This document shows positions 16,713-31,006 of a stretch of DNA of 64,000 nt, piece after piece. Below the pieces are notes generated by a model. It was not told the origin of the DNA, searched no databases, and worked only from the letters and a program-made list of their open reading frames with translations. Made by a program: the position numbers and the translations under genes. The DNA lies in contig CP068257.2 of NCBI GenBank assembly GCA_009914755.4, positions 12,064,001-12,128,000 on the forward strand. The letters run 5' to 3'. Numbering within the stretch: the stretch's first letter is position 1; every line of letters begins with the position of its first letter. This stretch comes from the human T2T-CHM13v2.0 reference genome, Homo sapiens.

Positions 16713-19700
16713 TAGGCACAGAAGTGAATTTGCCTTGTAAACTTGACTTCTGAGCTGCATAAATATTTTACGTAATTACAAAACAAAAAATAAAAAAGCA
16801 ATTTTTACAAATCTTGTGTGTTCAGTTAGGAGCACACCTTCACAGAGAGGAACTCTTCCCAATGGCTTTAAGGCACAATTGTTGTTGTTTTTAAAAATAT
16901 CTTAAATAAATTTTTATTTTTATAGATTTAGAGGGTACAAGTGCAGGATTGTTACATGGATAAATTGTGTGGTAGTGAAATCTGGGGCTTTTAGAAGACA
17001 CAGTAATTTGACTCTCCATCCCTAGTGCACAAAAAAGAATTAAACAATTTCCAGTATTCAGGATCCAAATGAAGTTCATACAGTGATTGTTTGAAATAAC
17101 TTTTAAGTCTCTTATAATCCATATTTCCACATTTCTTTCTTTCTTTTTTTAATTTATACATTTTTCTGCTTATTGAAGAAAACTAGTTATCCTGTAGTTT
17201 TTCCTACAGTCTGAATTTTGCTGTTGCATCACCATAATATAGAAATAAAAATGATGTATGATATTTATGAGCTAATTGGAAATGTGAACATAGACTGGTT
17301 ATTTAATGATATTAAGAAATTATTGTTTATTTTGTCAGGTGAGACTATACTGTGGTCTTATTAAAATGAGATATATACTGAAGAAAAAAAAAAAAAAAGA
17401 AAGATCTACACTTGGTAAATTTAGCATCTTTTAATTTTTCTTCCCCTACAGTAATTACAAAATTCTGGAGGGGGAAAAATGTAATATTCTCCAGGAGTGA
17501 GAATGGAAGACAATACTTTGAGCTATACTAGACATAATCATTTTTGTACATGCACTTTCAGAAGAGGTCCCATGCTGTGGACTGAACTTGAAACGAAATA
17601 CAGTAATTGTCTCTGGCATTAAATACCCATAGGCATATTTTTACAAGAACATACATTAGTATATGCCTGCTAGATACATAACAATGTGTGAGTATATTTT
17701 AAGAGAATCTTAATGTGACTAACAAATAGCAATCAAATTGTTCACAATTTCAGGCTCAAAATTGAAAAGAAGAGGAATTTTTTTTACTAAAAAATTATAT
17801 ACACAGAAAGAGTGATTCAAAGTTGAGCATTAATGCAAATTAGGATGAAATACGAGAAGTAATCCTTGCCAACCATCTGCCTAGCTTCTCCCCACTTCTA
17901 CCCTTCCCTAGCAGGGGTGAGCTATTTTACCTCCTGGGGAGATGGGAAATGACAGAGAGTGAGAGGCTAATCAGAAGTTTCAAGCACCCCCTTCTCTAAA
18001 AGCAGGAGGCTGTTGGTGAGTACTGGAATTTTGTTTTTCTAATTTGGTCTTGAGGTTTCTCTCTGGAAAATGGCTGTGAATTCTAACCCTGCACTGAAAG
18101 GGCTCCAGTATTTGGGTCATGGATGTCTACAGTGACTTCTTTATCCTAGTGGATGGCCTAATGCCTAAGTGTTGCCTAGTGCCTAAGCGTCCAACCCATG
18201 ACCAGGTGTCCCACTCACAGGAAACATGCTTATACCAGCAGGCACCCTCGTGGCTCTTGTCTGACCTATGTCCAGTTTATTTCTACCAAGATATCCATTG
18301 TCTAGGAGAGCTTTCCCTTGGAAAGAAACTAGGTTCAGGTGTGTCAGTCAGGTGAGATGCAGAGGAGGCGATGCAACAAAAACCACACAATAATAGGAGG
18401 AGTTTATTACTTACAGATTAGAGAAAAGGGCAGCACTCCTTGCAGAGCTGATGGGAAAGCAGAGCCATTCCAGATATACATGCTCTACCAGAACCACAAA
18501 GTGCAGAGCAAAAGAGAGAGTGAGGGACCTGTGTGCTAAAGCTTTTATTGGAGTCCAGGGTATTATTAGGTGGGTTTCCATGGGAGTTCTAATTTGCGAG
18601 TTTAAAGCAAGCTGTTCCAAGTCCTATGTGGCCACGCTGTTACTGAGAGGTTGTCGCTGCAGCATATCTGTACAGTCTATGGGGGATGGAGGAGTCAGTG
18701 GGGTAAGCCAATAGGTGGTACCTAACTGTCCCTTAGGAAAGGTGGTCAACAGCAGACAATTGTATAAGGGAGATATCTGGATTGACCATATTAAGGAACT
18801 GGGATGAAATAGAGAACTGGAAATTGTGCCAAGGGTGACTAAACCATGTTTCTTGTATGAGAAAGTCCAACTTATATTCAAAATGAATGCCAAGGCAATA
18901 TAAAATTACAGGAATTCACTACCATGCACCCCCATGCTCCTGAATTTTCAAGTCCAGACTCCCTATATGTAGCTGATAATATGGGTGCCAAGTAATCTGG
19001 AAATTCCTGGAATTTCTGCTGCTAATTGGAAATCCCAGCCCATTTCTTTCAAGGTAATCTGTCTTTGGGTCCAAAGTCAGCATTTTATGACACTTAGGTG
19101 CTCTCATCAAAGGTGTGTGTATGAAATGGCTTAAGGAAAAAATAGACACAGAACAGCTTGCCTTTGCCCTGTAGAGCTCTCAGGTAGGTTCAACCCATCC
19201 TGGGAATTGGAGTGATTTCAGATACTCTGAATGCCTTTGGTTCCCAAACTGCCATGGGCTTGCTGGTGGAACAAAAACAGACCTTGATACCCTTACTATG
19301 AATTATATATATGATTGGCTAACTGAAAGCAAAACCATAATGGAACATGACTGCAGACACGTATATATTCTCCAGGGGTTCCATGTTTTGTTGGGGAAAA
19401 CATATCTCACCAGGTGAATGGCCTCAATGGCTGAAGGCAGCATGAACCCTAAACTCTTAGATACTTGGATAATTCATTGGGAACAACAACAGACAGAGTT
19501 GAAGCTAGTCTTTAAGAATATTCCCTACAAGCCAGCACAGGCAAAAATCTTTCAGGTATAAAATTCTCTTCTTTCTTACTGTAGTGTATCTTTGGCAACA
19601 TGGGTATACAGACTATGGAAAGCTTAAGAATGTAAGTTACATTTTAGTAGCTCTGTTGGTGGAATATATATGTGTCCAAAGAGCTTTCTTAATTGGATGT

Positions 19701-21189
19701 GGGCTTACCCTGTTCTACTTTAGTCCAGATTCCTTGTTATTAAGCTTTTTATTGCTGCAGCATATTCTCTAAATATAATTTACTCCTGATAATAATTAAT
19801 CAACATTACAGAAGAAAGCTATAAATATAAGGTGATAATATAAAATATATATTTATATGTCATATATTACATAGTAAATAAAATACATGTTAAATCAAAA
19901 TAAAATAGTATTATAGGCTAAAATATATATGTACACATAAACATTTAGTGTAAATGTGCATATAAAAGGAGAAAAAAGGAAATACATTAAGATGATAATA
20001 CTGTAGGTAGGTAGGGAGATTTTGGTAGTTTACTTTTTCACATATTCCAAAATATTTAATTACTATTTTATAACTTACATAAATTGTAGAATAACTTCTC
20101 TTGTTTAGTAACAGCATAGAGAGGGGTAAAACTGGCAGAAATGGATATGTTTGATCAATGTTGATCCTTCAAACTACAGTGATCCACTTCTGAGAACAGG
20201 GACTCATATTTAATGAGGGAGTAAGCCAGGTTCTTACAGAGCGTGAGATTCAGCTTCTCCTGTCATGAGATGGGGTCAGGCTCTGGGCCAGGAGAGCAAT
20301 GGCCAGCTTTGGAAGCTATATCTCAGGTCACATTCAAAAGCACACATTTCCAACTCTTTTCCCAACGCTGCTTTTGTCACATTAGAATGAAATTTGCCCT
20401 CTGTGTTGAAATATTCTATAAAAAACACAATCTTGCTTAAGTTAAAATTTAAAGTTAGCTTGTCTGACAGCTGGGATGTAAAGAGACAGTGAAAGGATTC
20501 TGACTTTTGGCATTGTCAGCAGTTTCCCTTGAGAGTGGAGCCCTGTCTTTCTGCAACCTGCAGCTCTCGCTTTCCTGCTGTGACTGAGCCAGTGGGATCG
20601 TCGGCCAGGAGAGGGCGCCTCACTCAGTGAGACATAAATCCAACGCACCCTATGAGGGCACTAGGAAGGTGAAACGCAATCCTCACCTACACTTGCTCTG
20701 CTCTCTGCCGTTTCAGCATTCCACCTTAGGGCGTCAGGCTTAACTTTGCAGGTGTTAAATCTCCGTGTGTCCATGAAACACTTCAAGTACTATTTCAGCA
20801 GCTTGGAGAAATGCCAAACACAAGTCAGGAAGTTATCTCCGTCAGAGGCTTGCCGCCTCACCCCTGCATGGCTCTCAGAGAAAGCTTCCTTTCTGTAAGA
20901 CACATTCCAATCATCACACTGTGGCTAAAAGGCTAAATATAGGAGAGACATTTGCCAAGATATAGCAAAGCCGATGTTGGTTTGCCTAGGCAATTTGATA
21001 AATGATGATTGTGTGCAGGTGGTGCCTAAATAGACCATAGACTACATATTAAGATAACTTATGAGGTCTGCTGGAGAGAATGGGAAAGTGGGTGTGTGTG
21101 GATGTTTGGCACAGCCTGGGGCTATGGCTATAAGAACCTGAGTCTAGGATTTGCCATAGAATATTCTGTGAGCAAAAAAGACACCTACT

Positions 21190-21320
21190 TCTCAGTTATA
21201 ATCCTCATAAGAATTTTTATAATATTTTTTAAGCTGTGCAATCCACAGCTGTGTAACTGAGAAAAATCACTTAACCTGTCTGAACCTAGGTTTCCTCAAA
21301 TATATTCAGTCTGCACTCCC
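21190..21320 (+). mobile_element. MIR SINE fragment (tentative)
   Basis: 'gctgtgtaactgagaaaaatcacttaacctgtctgaacctaggtttcctcaaat' resembles the MIR core ('cacttaacctctctgagcctcagtttcctcatctg'). Confidence 0.4.
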
Positions 21321-22189
21321 AGGACCTCACTTTAAGAGAAACCTGAATCTCTTGAGCACGAGCATGTGGATGGGTGTTATTCCCTTCCTGCACACCTTCT
21401 GTGCTTCAAAGAGAGAACTTATGTAACCTTTTTCCTCATGTATCCCTGCTTTGAAACCTGTAAATTTCTATCTTTCTCTGCCCCTTTCTGACTTCTTTTA
21501 TTATTATTTTCAACCTCATCGATTTCTTCAAATTACTTTCCATCCACTAAATATTTCTAATGAGCCCTGTACATTTTTCTGTACCACTGTGGAAAAAAAG
21601 TAAAATAATTTCTGTCTTAACAAAGGATTGCCGCACCCATCTGGCATTAAAAGGAAGAAGAAAAAGCGGGACACATTAAAAACAATAAGCATTGATTTCT
21701 CTGGCTGTACCTACAGACCTGTTACTGTGAGGCCTTTAATCCATCTTCACCGCCGCTTTCTTCCCTTGCTTTGTCTTTTAAAGTTTCAGGGGACTGTCAC
21801 AAACAGGGTCTTACTCAGGGCCTCCTGCTGCTGCTCTGTGGCCTTGTTGAGCCCGTGGGGCTGGTTCCTGTGGCTCCTCCTGGCCAGTTGTCCACCGCAG
21901 GTGCCATGGATCCAAGAATTACCTCTGCTGGGCACCTCCCTCCCACACAATGGCACCCTGCTTCCAGGACATGCTGAGTCCTATCTCAAGGCATTCTTGG
22001 TCTTCCCTCAATGTTGCAGAGTAATATTATTTTATCTAGAACATTCCTGTGTTGAAGCTCAGTAAATGTCAGCACAAGTAGGCAAAAGTGTATTGCTTTG
22101 GGTGGTAAACTTTCTCCATGCTCTCCCCGGACCCCTTCTTATCCACTTTACCAGCCATGTGAATGCATCCTATAGCTTCTCTGTGCTTT

Positions 22190-22380
22190 GTTCCAAATGG
22201 CCTGCCCCTGTGACCTTCTTCAGAGGCTGACCATGGGCCAGTCCCTCCCTCCCAGAGAGAGCCTGGAATGCCTGGTAGTGTAGTTCTAGGGAAGCCTATA
22301 GCCAATGACTGTGCAAGATTCTGAAAGCCTGACTCCCTTTCCTCAAAATGGGGCAAATTCTGACATAATTTATGGTCTAG
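22190..22380 (+). mobile_element. MIR SINE fragment (tentative)
   Basis: 'ctgtgaccttcttcagaggctgaccatgggccagtccctccctc...ctgactccctttcctcaaaatggggcaaattctgac' resembles the MIR core. Confidence 0.35.
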
Positions 22381-22717
22381 AGCTCCCCAAAGATCTGGCT
22401 AAGGCCAGGGAGTTGGCTAAAATTGTGCCTTTCTCTGTTCTTCATTTCCTTTTCTCTTGTGTTCTTCTCCTGGCCCTTAATAAATACCCTGTTCATGATC
22501 TGTGTCTCAGAGTTGGCTTCTGGAGGTCCAGCCTTAGGTATTTGGTTAGGAGTGCAAGGATGATTTTTGGAGGCAGATTCTGAGGATGGGATTCTAGAGT
22601 TAAGTCACCAGCTAAGTGGCAATAAATACCCCATCACAGGGGGTATGTGGAGCCCAGAGGGGCCCTGACACACTAGAGCATTGCAGTTGCTAAAACTTTT
22701 ACCTGGAGCGAATTAAG

Positions 22718-23135
22718 ATGATGTCATGGGTTGAATTATGTAACCTCAAAAGATGTTGAATTTCACCCCCAGTACCTGGGAATGTGATATTACTGGGAAA
22801 TAAGATATTTGCAGATAATCCAACTAGAATGAGATCATTAGGGTGGGCCCTAATTCAATATCACTGTTGACCTCACAAAAAAAGTGAAATTTGAACATGG
22901 AGACATACATGCTTAGAGGAAAGATGGTGTGAAGACACAGGGCATCCACAAGAACAATTTGAGGCCAACAGGGAGGTCATGGAACAGATTCTTCCCTACG
23001 GTTCTCAGAACCAACCTTGCCGACACCTTGATTTTGGACTTCTAGTCTCCAGAACTGTGAGATAATAAATTCCTCATGTTCTATGCCACCCAATTTATTG
23101 TATTTTGTTATAGAAGCCCTAGGAAACTAATACAG
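22718..23135 (+). mobile_element. ERVL-MaLR LTR (MST/MLT/THE1-like)
   Basis: Begins 'tgatgtcatgggttgaattatgtaacctcaaaagatgttgaatttcaccc' and contains 'gggtgggccctaattcaatatcactg'. Ends '...ccagaactgtgagataataaattcctcatgttctatgccacccaatttattgtattttgttatagaagccctaggaaactaatacag', the characteristic MaLR LTR terminus. Confidence 0.6.
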
Positions 23136-23383
23136 AAGGGATTCTGACAGAACAGGTATGCTAGATTGTGCAATTTTCTTTGGCTTTTGATGGTACAAGG
23201 TAAATGGTCATTACAAAGGCTGTGGATGGGTTCCATGATAAATAGACTCCAGTTGGTCAGCATAAGGCAAAGTGAGAAAGTCAAAAAGTCCCTTGGCAGC
23301 TCTTAAACAAACCCCCTTTTTCTATAGCCAAGGGAGACCATGCTGAAGACCAGGCCAGGACCAACTATAAGAACAGTGGACCT

Positions 23384-23680
<297 letters not shown>

Positions 23681-24463
23681 AACAGTGGACCTTCAGGGAC
23701 ACCCAGTTTACATCCTCAGCAATCCCATGCAACAGCCAGGAACTTGGTAAGGAAGAAATGGCTTCTTAAGACTTGGAATCAGAAAATGTGAATAGATGTC
23801 ATTGATAAATGTGAAACTGCAGCTGTCCCTGAATCCTCTGGGCCTGCAGAATGGGCCCACATCTTCTTTCTAGAGGGCAGAGCTCTCTTGCTTGAAGATT
23901 GGAAGCAAGTGTACAAATGTAAGCAGAGAAGCCTAACAAGAGATTAATTTTATGGCTTATATCTTTATTAGAACTTAAATCCAATATGTTTATTAGACCT
24001 TACAGTTCTGTCTGAGAGAAAAGAGGGATATGTTAAAGTCCTCACTCCACAAGATTTGTAACCATAGGCATAAAACCTTTAAAGGATATACTTTATGGCA
24101 GTGCATTCCAAATTTACACGTAAAACAGATTTCTGCTATTGCATTTCAAATTCAGACATAAAACAGATTTCCAACTTCTTTCACCTGTTGGGCTGGTCCC
24201 ATGTCATATACTCAATGTGCAGTACTCACTTCTTTGAGCCTCAGTAACATGTGAGTAGAAATGGGATCATTGTAATAAATCTACTTGCATCAACATATGT
24301 TCCTTGTCTCATAACAGCCATTTATCCCCAACCTTAATTAAATATTTCTGAGGGGTAACTAAAGAATACTGGATTGCTGTTGGTTTCAGATGAAATCTGT
24401 GCAGAGTCTGTGCCATGAAGGGCTCTGCCTATATTTTGGTTACAAAAGTTATCTTATTTTGGC

Positions 24464-24600
24464 AGGGTGCAATGGCTCATACTTATAATCCCAGCACTTT
24501 GGGAGGCAGAGGTAGGAGAACTGCTTGAGCCCAAGAGTTTGAGACCAGCCTAGGAAACATAGAGAGATCCCATTTCTACAAAAAAAAATTAATTAAAAAA
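24464..24600 (+). mobile_element. Partial Alu (left monomer plus A-rich tail)
   Basis: 'ggcagggtgcaatggctcatacttataatcccagcactttgggaggcagaggtaggagaactgcttgagcccaagagtttgagaccagcctaggaaacatagagagatcccatttctacaaaaaaaaa'. Confidence 0.7.
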
Positions 24601-24938
24601 ATTTTATAAATTTGTAAAGCTCTTTGTGCATATATTGCCTGATGTCATATTCTCCTCAAGCAGCCCCTGAGATGAGGAGTCATGTGGGAGTAATTTGTTA
24701 ACAAGGTGATCTCAAAGGAAGACAGGGAAGGAGAAGGGAAAGAAGGATATGGAAAAGAGAGAACCCAAGAAAGTGTGTGATTTTGTCAAAGTCCAGCTTC
24801 AGCCTCATCCAACTTGAGGCCAGGGAGTCAGATTGTCAGACACTTGGACCAGTCAGTCATTGCCTAAGAACTGCACAGAGGGTTAAAGCTCCCCTCTCCC
24901 AGCTCCATGCAGAGATCCTTAAAGACAGTCCCAGTTGC

Positions 24939-25281
<343 letters not shown>

Positions 25282-26048
25282 TTACAGAAAGAGCAAAAGA
25301 ATGTGGGGTATCTGTGTGTGCTGTCAACAGTGCTATTACTGTGAATGAATATCTGTGTCCCCCCAAAATTCATATATTGAAGCCTAACCCCCAAGTTGAT
25401 GATATTTGGAGTTGGGGCCTTGGGGAGGTGATTAGGTCATGAGTGTGGAGCCCTCATAGGTGTGATTCCTGCCCTTATAAGAAAAGATGATCTCTCTCTC
25501 CGCCATCTAAGGATACAAGAAGACAGCATCTGCAAACCAGGAAGGGGGTCTTCACCAGTCACAGTCTGCTGACACCCTGACCCTGGACTATCCTAGGCTC
25601 CAGAACTCCAGAAATCAATCTCTGTTGTTTAAATCGCTCAGTCTATGATATCTTGTTATAGCAGCCCAAACTGACTAACACAATTATACATGTCAAAATC
25701 CTTTCTAATCTGTGGATCTGGGCTTTGCAACTTTGCATGTCTCACAGCCAGCAGAGGATTCTATTATTAATGGTAATCCATGTCAAATTTAATACTATAA
25801 GAATTTTTCATAAAATCAATTTGTTTTTAACCTTTTGGCTATCAAACTAGTTGTAATTTGAAATCCAAGACAATTAAATCTTTGTAAAATGTGGGTCTTT
25901 TTGTAAGATGACTTTAACCACAGAGAAAATGTAAAATTTTAGGAAGGGTAAGACATGTAGTTAGCACTGAGATTACTATGTGAGGCCTAATGTTATCTAT
26001 GTGTAAGGCAATCATCAGTGTTACATTTCATTAGAAAGATGGCTTTTA

Positions 26049-26327
<279 letters not shown>

Positions 26328-29259
26328 TAGCCAGCTTCACAATGGAGGCAGTTCCATAATTTGTTGGGATTTTGGAATGGCAGTGAGCTACATATCTTTT
26401 CTTTCATGTTCTAACATATAGAAAACAAACTAAGTCTTTGTATATTAGCTAACTCAGCAGAACAGTCTGTGGGAGATTATATTGATCTTGAATACACAGT
26501 GCACATGTATTGGATATTGATGCATAATTTGGGTCTAATTTCTTCTCGTATCTAAATACTCGTAAACATTTAGAATGGTTTAAATGTACAGGCTCAGAAT
26601 GACTTTAATAGGACCTTTAAAATTTATATTTATATATTTAAATAACTGCTGATGGCACTGTTGTTTATAATATTAGGTTTCTTGCTGACCTCTCAGAATT
26701 TTCCTTAGAGCCTGAGACAGGCCGACTGGTTGGTTCCCTATCTTAAGATTGTCTGAAGGAAAAGGATAAAAGCCCCTCAACTCAAACTCTAGCTTGTCTA
26801 ACTCTCAGCCAATCAGCAATAAAAGACCAAGGAAGCTATTAATTGCAAATTTCTATTTCAGGGGGCTAGAGGCTTTCCCAGAGTCCCATATGTGGAGTCA
26901 GACTTAAACTCCAACCTAAAGTTATCTTTTCCTCATTTCAACACTAAAGTTCATGCCCAGGGGTGGAGATTTAAAATTCTAATGCTACATGCAATGTATG
27001 AAGAAACATGTTGAGCCATTGTGCAGGTGCTAGCAAAACTCTCCCTATACATTCCCTGAGGGAATCCTTCCCTATGGAAAGACCCTATACCTAACCGAAC
27101 CACACAGTATCTTTGGGGAACAGCCCACTCCTTTTTGCTCTCTCATGGCTGGCTCCCTGAGAGGTAATAAACTCTCTTCATTGCTGCCTCTGGTGATCTC
27201 TCTTGATTTCTATCCTGAGAAATCACAAGATCTCAGGGCACTGGTAAGAAGCTTGTCACAGATTCTTTGAATTTCCTCAATGGTTCTGAAACAGGAGTGT
27301 TCCCTTGACCCCTTTGCAGGACTTGTGACATGAGTGACTTGTTTACTTGTTTACCATGCTGAATCCCTTATGGAAGGAAGCACATGAGTGGATGGGTGTG
27401 GGAACCAGAGCAAATGAATGTGGAACTGGCCTGTGGCTCCTCTCCGGCGGGAGCAAGCTTTGTGTGGGTTCTGCAGCAGTGTCAAAGTGTGTTACAATAG
27501 TCTTTTAGCTCTGCGGTCTGGGAGGGGCTGTCTGCGACCCCCAGAGCCCCAGAGGGCATGTGTTACAATCAGTGCTCCTTTAACATTTGCTGTCTGTGGA
27601 TGGCTAAGTGTTAACCAGCTCAGTGGAAGGTCAGGGTGACAGCCTTTTACACTTTGCTGTCTTGGTACCTGAGTTCTGATCCAGCGTCCAGGAAGAATCA
27701 GGTCACATGAACAAATTGAAGGTGGTGAATGTGGAGGACTTTATTGAGTGGTAAAAGTGGGCCTCAGTGGGAAAGGGAGCTGGAAAGGGGATGGAGTGGG
27801 AAGATAATCTTCCCCTGGAGCCCGGGTGTCTCCAGCTGAACTCCTCTCTGACCATAGTTTCTGACCTCCAGCTGCTTCTTCTCATCTCAATATCCAGACA
27901 CTTCTCTCTTCTGTGTGTGTGTCCACTGAGTCTGGGGCTTGGGGTTCTTATGGGCACAGGATAGGGGGTGGTGTGGGGTGGGCCAAAAGGCAACAATCAG
28001 GTGGGAAAACAGGGATAGTTCTCACTTTGGGCTGAGGGTCCAAGCTTGTGGGTGGAGCCCTTGCCAAAGATCCTGCCCTTTTCTACCAGTATTTGCCTGC
28101 CTTCTGTCCATTTCAGTTCAAGACAGTTTGTGCAATTTGGAAACAGCCAGATCTAAACAGTGTAAAATCTGGATAGTCAGGCAGAATAAGGCTGGAAAAA
28201 ATATATAATTATATAGAATAAAGCTGAAAAAATTCGCTGAGTAATACTCTGTGTGTGCACCTACATGCACATGTAACAAAGTGATAATTTCTATTTCCTT
28301 AGATGTTTCAAAATGTATCTTGAACATATGACAAATATTTAATGTTTTCTGGGTGACTACATTGAAGCCCACCACTCACTTGGGACAGAAAAGTCATTTT
28401 TTGGTGTGTGATTATACTTGCTATCTTATGGTCACAACTTTTAATACTACATAGAAGCATTAATATTTTTATTTTTCCTTTAGATCCTTCACTGAATTCA
28501 ACCCAGTCTACTCAACAGTTCACCAAGAGTCTTGCTATCTCCAATTTCAGGATATGCTTTCCATCACCAATACCCAGGTTAATGGACACTCCTCAACCCT
28601 TTGTCAGTCCCTGCCCAGTGTTGCCTTTGAGACTGAACTCTGGACAGCCTTTCCATGTTCTCTTTTCTGTAAAAAGGAGACTTTTTATTTCTGGCAGCAC
28701 TTGCCTAGGAGATAGCAAAGTTAAATGTTGTGTTTCATCACAATCAGTCTCAACTAACTAAAACTAATTAAACACTAGGGATTTTGAGTAACCCACCTAC
28801 CCTCACTAGACCCTTTCTTTATCTAACTGAAGATGTTCATGATCAAGAAGCAAGAGGCTGTCTCACAGATCTCAGCCTTGTATGAAAGGTAGTTCTCAGT
28901 GCTTAATTAGCACCAGCAGCATGGCCCTACACTTCATAGCATTTAAAACCTTCAGTTTTGCCCTTAAGTCCACCTATGCAGTTGTCCCCTAATAAGCTCA
29001 GCTCAGCTCCAGGCCACCCCTGGCTCTGTGGCCCATGGTTTTTGTATTATTCTTTGTCATCTCTAATTAGCCTCTTCTGCCTCACCACTACTTAATTATT
29101 TATCCTTCTCAGAACTTCTGGCGTGTATTGTACTATATTTTACTTTTAAAATATGTTGCCAGTGTTCTCAGTTTGTCATTTATATGACATGTTCCATGAC
29201 AAAGTACATCCCTAATACAAAGCCTTAAGCAATCTCATTAAGGACAGATTGCTGATATC

Positions 29260-29440
29260 TAATTTCTTTTCCCATTCCTAGAGGCAGTGGTCTTCAAAGT
29301 GTGGCCTCCAGACAGCAATATCAATATCATCTGGGAATTTGCTAGAAATGTAAATTCCCAAGTCCCAGCTCAAACTCAATGAATCAGAAACTCTGGGTGT
29401 GGGGCCCAGCAGTCCTTCAGGTGTTTCTAACCACATATTC
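29260..29440 (+). mobile_element. MLT1-type MaLR LTR fragment (tentative)
   Basis: 'ctagaaatgtaaattcccaagtcccagctcaaactcaatgaatcagaaactctgggtgtggggcccagcagtc' matches the well-known MLT1 core ('...ctgaatcagaatctgcattttaacaagatcc...'). Confidence 0.4.
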
Positions 29441-30928
29441 AAATTTGACAATCATTTACTCAGGGTCTCACCCTTGGTAGTATCTTAATAAATGCCTGTT
29501 AGGTTGACTCTGATAAGTCTTTCTCTCAAGCCATCTTAAAAAGCATGGAATCCAAAAATTCCAGGAAGAAATGAGAAAAAATGTTACAAAGAATGAAGTA
29601 GGGATTTTAGGTTTATGAGCAATTAGAGGGAACCGAGTCTTCACAAAGAAACACAATATCCTGATTTCCTGTCTCATGCTTGATTTTCCTACATTGTCTC
29701 ACCTCAGCTGCGTGATTCCATGTATCTCACTAACCCTTCTGTTTGCCTTCTGTAAGGTTACATGTAGATTCTGAGAAAATTCTTTTTCAACTTTCTATCT
29801 CTTATTCCCATTTCACTCTATGTCTTCACAGAAAATTATCACTGCAAAGCTGAGCGGTTTCTGGAGAATCTTGGCTCATTCACTGAATTCTTTGGGAAGG
29901 GCTGCTTCCCTTTGCACATCTTCACTAAACTTGGACCTTTTTGATGACTCTCATTTTTTATCACCACCATAGTCCTTAGATGTCCAGTGGAGCAGGGAAA
30001 CTGATGGTTTTCTGCACAGGTTGCTCGGGGCAAAGATGGAAGTTGGAAGTAAGGAAAAGCATGGAGTTGGAATTGGATGCTGAATGCTGAAGCAAAAGAG
30101 TACTCAACGTCTCTATGGTTTTGCTTTGTGCTGGGCCTTCCTAAACCTTGTGAACACCTGATAAATGTTCATTTGATTATGTCAAGCTCTTTGGAGCAGT
30201 AGCTTTCAACCCTGATTAGGATGTCAGAATCCTTTGGAAGAATTTTTTAAAAATCTATGGGCATGGAACCCATCCATCAGTATTTTTAAAAATTTCCCAG
30301 GTGGTTTCCATGAGTAGCTAAGGTTGAGAACCGTGGTTTTGGATTTCCCACTTGATGATTTTAAACCATAACATCACTTTGCCTATTTTTCTAAATATTC
30401 CTCTTTCTACAGTCAGCTTTCAAAAGTCAGACTACAACTGAATCAAAGAATTATACAAGAAAGGGGAAACTGAGCCATCCTTCAGCAACTCCAGGAACAA
30501 ATCAAGGTACATATAATGATGGGGTAGTAAATGCTAATACCGTCTATCTTCTTCCCTTGTATCTATCCCTGTTTTTGTTCCCCTCTTTCCACTCTGGCTT
30601 CCTATTCTCCCTTTGTGGCAAAATATCCACTATTCTTGAAGACAGCGAACCAGCAAACCTGCTAATATTAAAGCTTCAGTGACCCAATAGGTAGCTACAC
30701 TTTGAGGAACATTTTCATTTCCAAAGAAATTATCTGAAGAGAAAAATGTCTAATTCAATGGGCTGAAATGCAAATTGTTATGTTTCAGGCTAGAAAGATA
30801 TCTAACCCAAGGAACTTCCTTATCATGCTCTGGGAGACAGTAGGCTGCCTCATGGAAGGCCGTTATAGATGTCCAACTAAACATTGCAAAAAATAGAAGC
30901 ATTGGCTTGGGACTGAGAAATGATATTC

Positions 30929-31006
30929 ATTTGGTGCAAAAGTAATTGCGATTTTTGCCCTTGAAAATGATGGTTAAAACTGCAATGACTTTTGCATCAA
31001 CCTATG
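30929..31006. mobile_element. MADE1 (mariner-derived 80-bp MITE)
   Basis: 'ttggtgcaaaagtaattgcgatttttgcc...gcaatgacttttgcatcaacc' has the palindromic MADE1/Hsmar1 terminal repeat structure. Confidence 0.8.

Noticed and set aside
21628-22065. 145-aa ORF at 21628-22065
   Set aside because: No homology, no start or splice context, and it overlaps MIR-like sequence. It is most likely a chance ORF.
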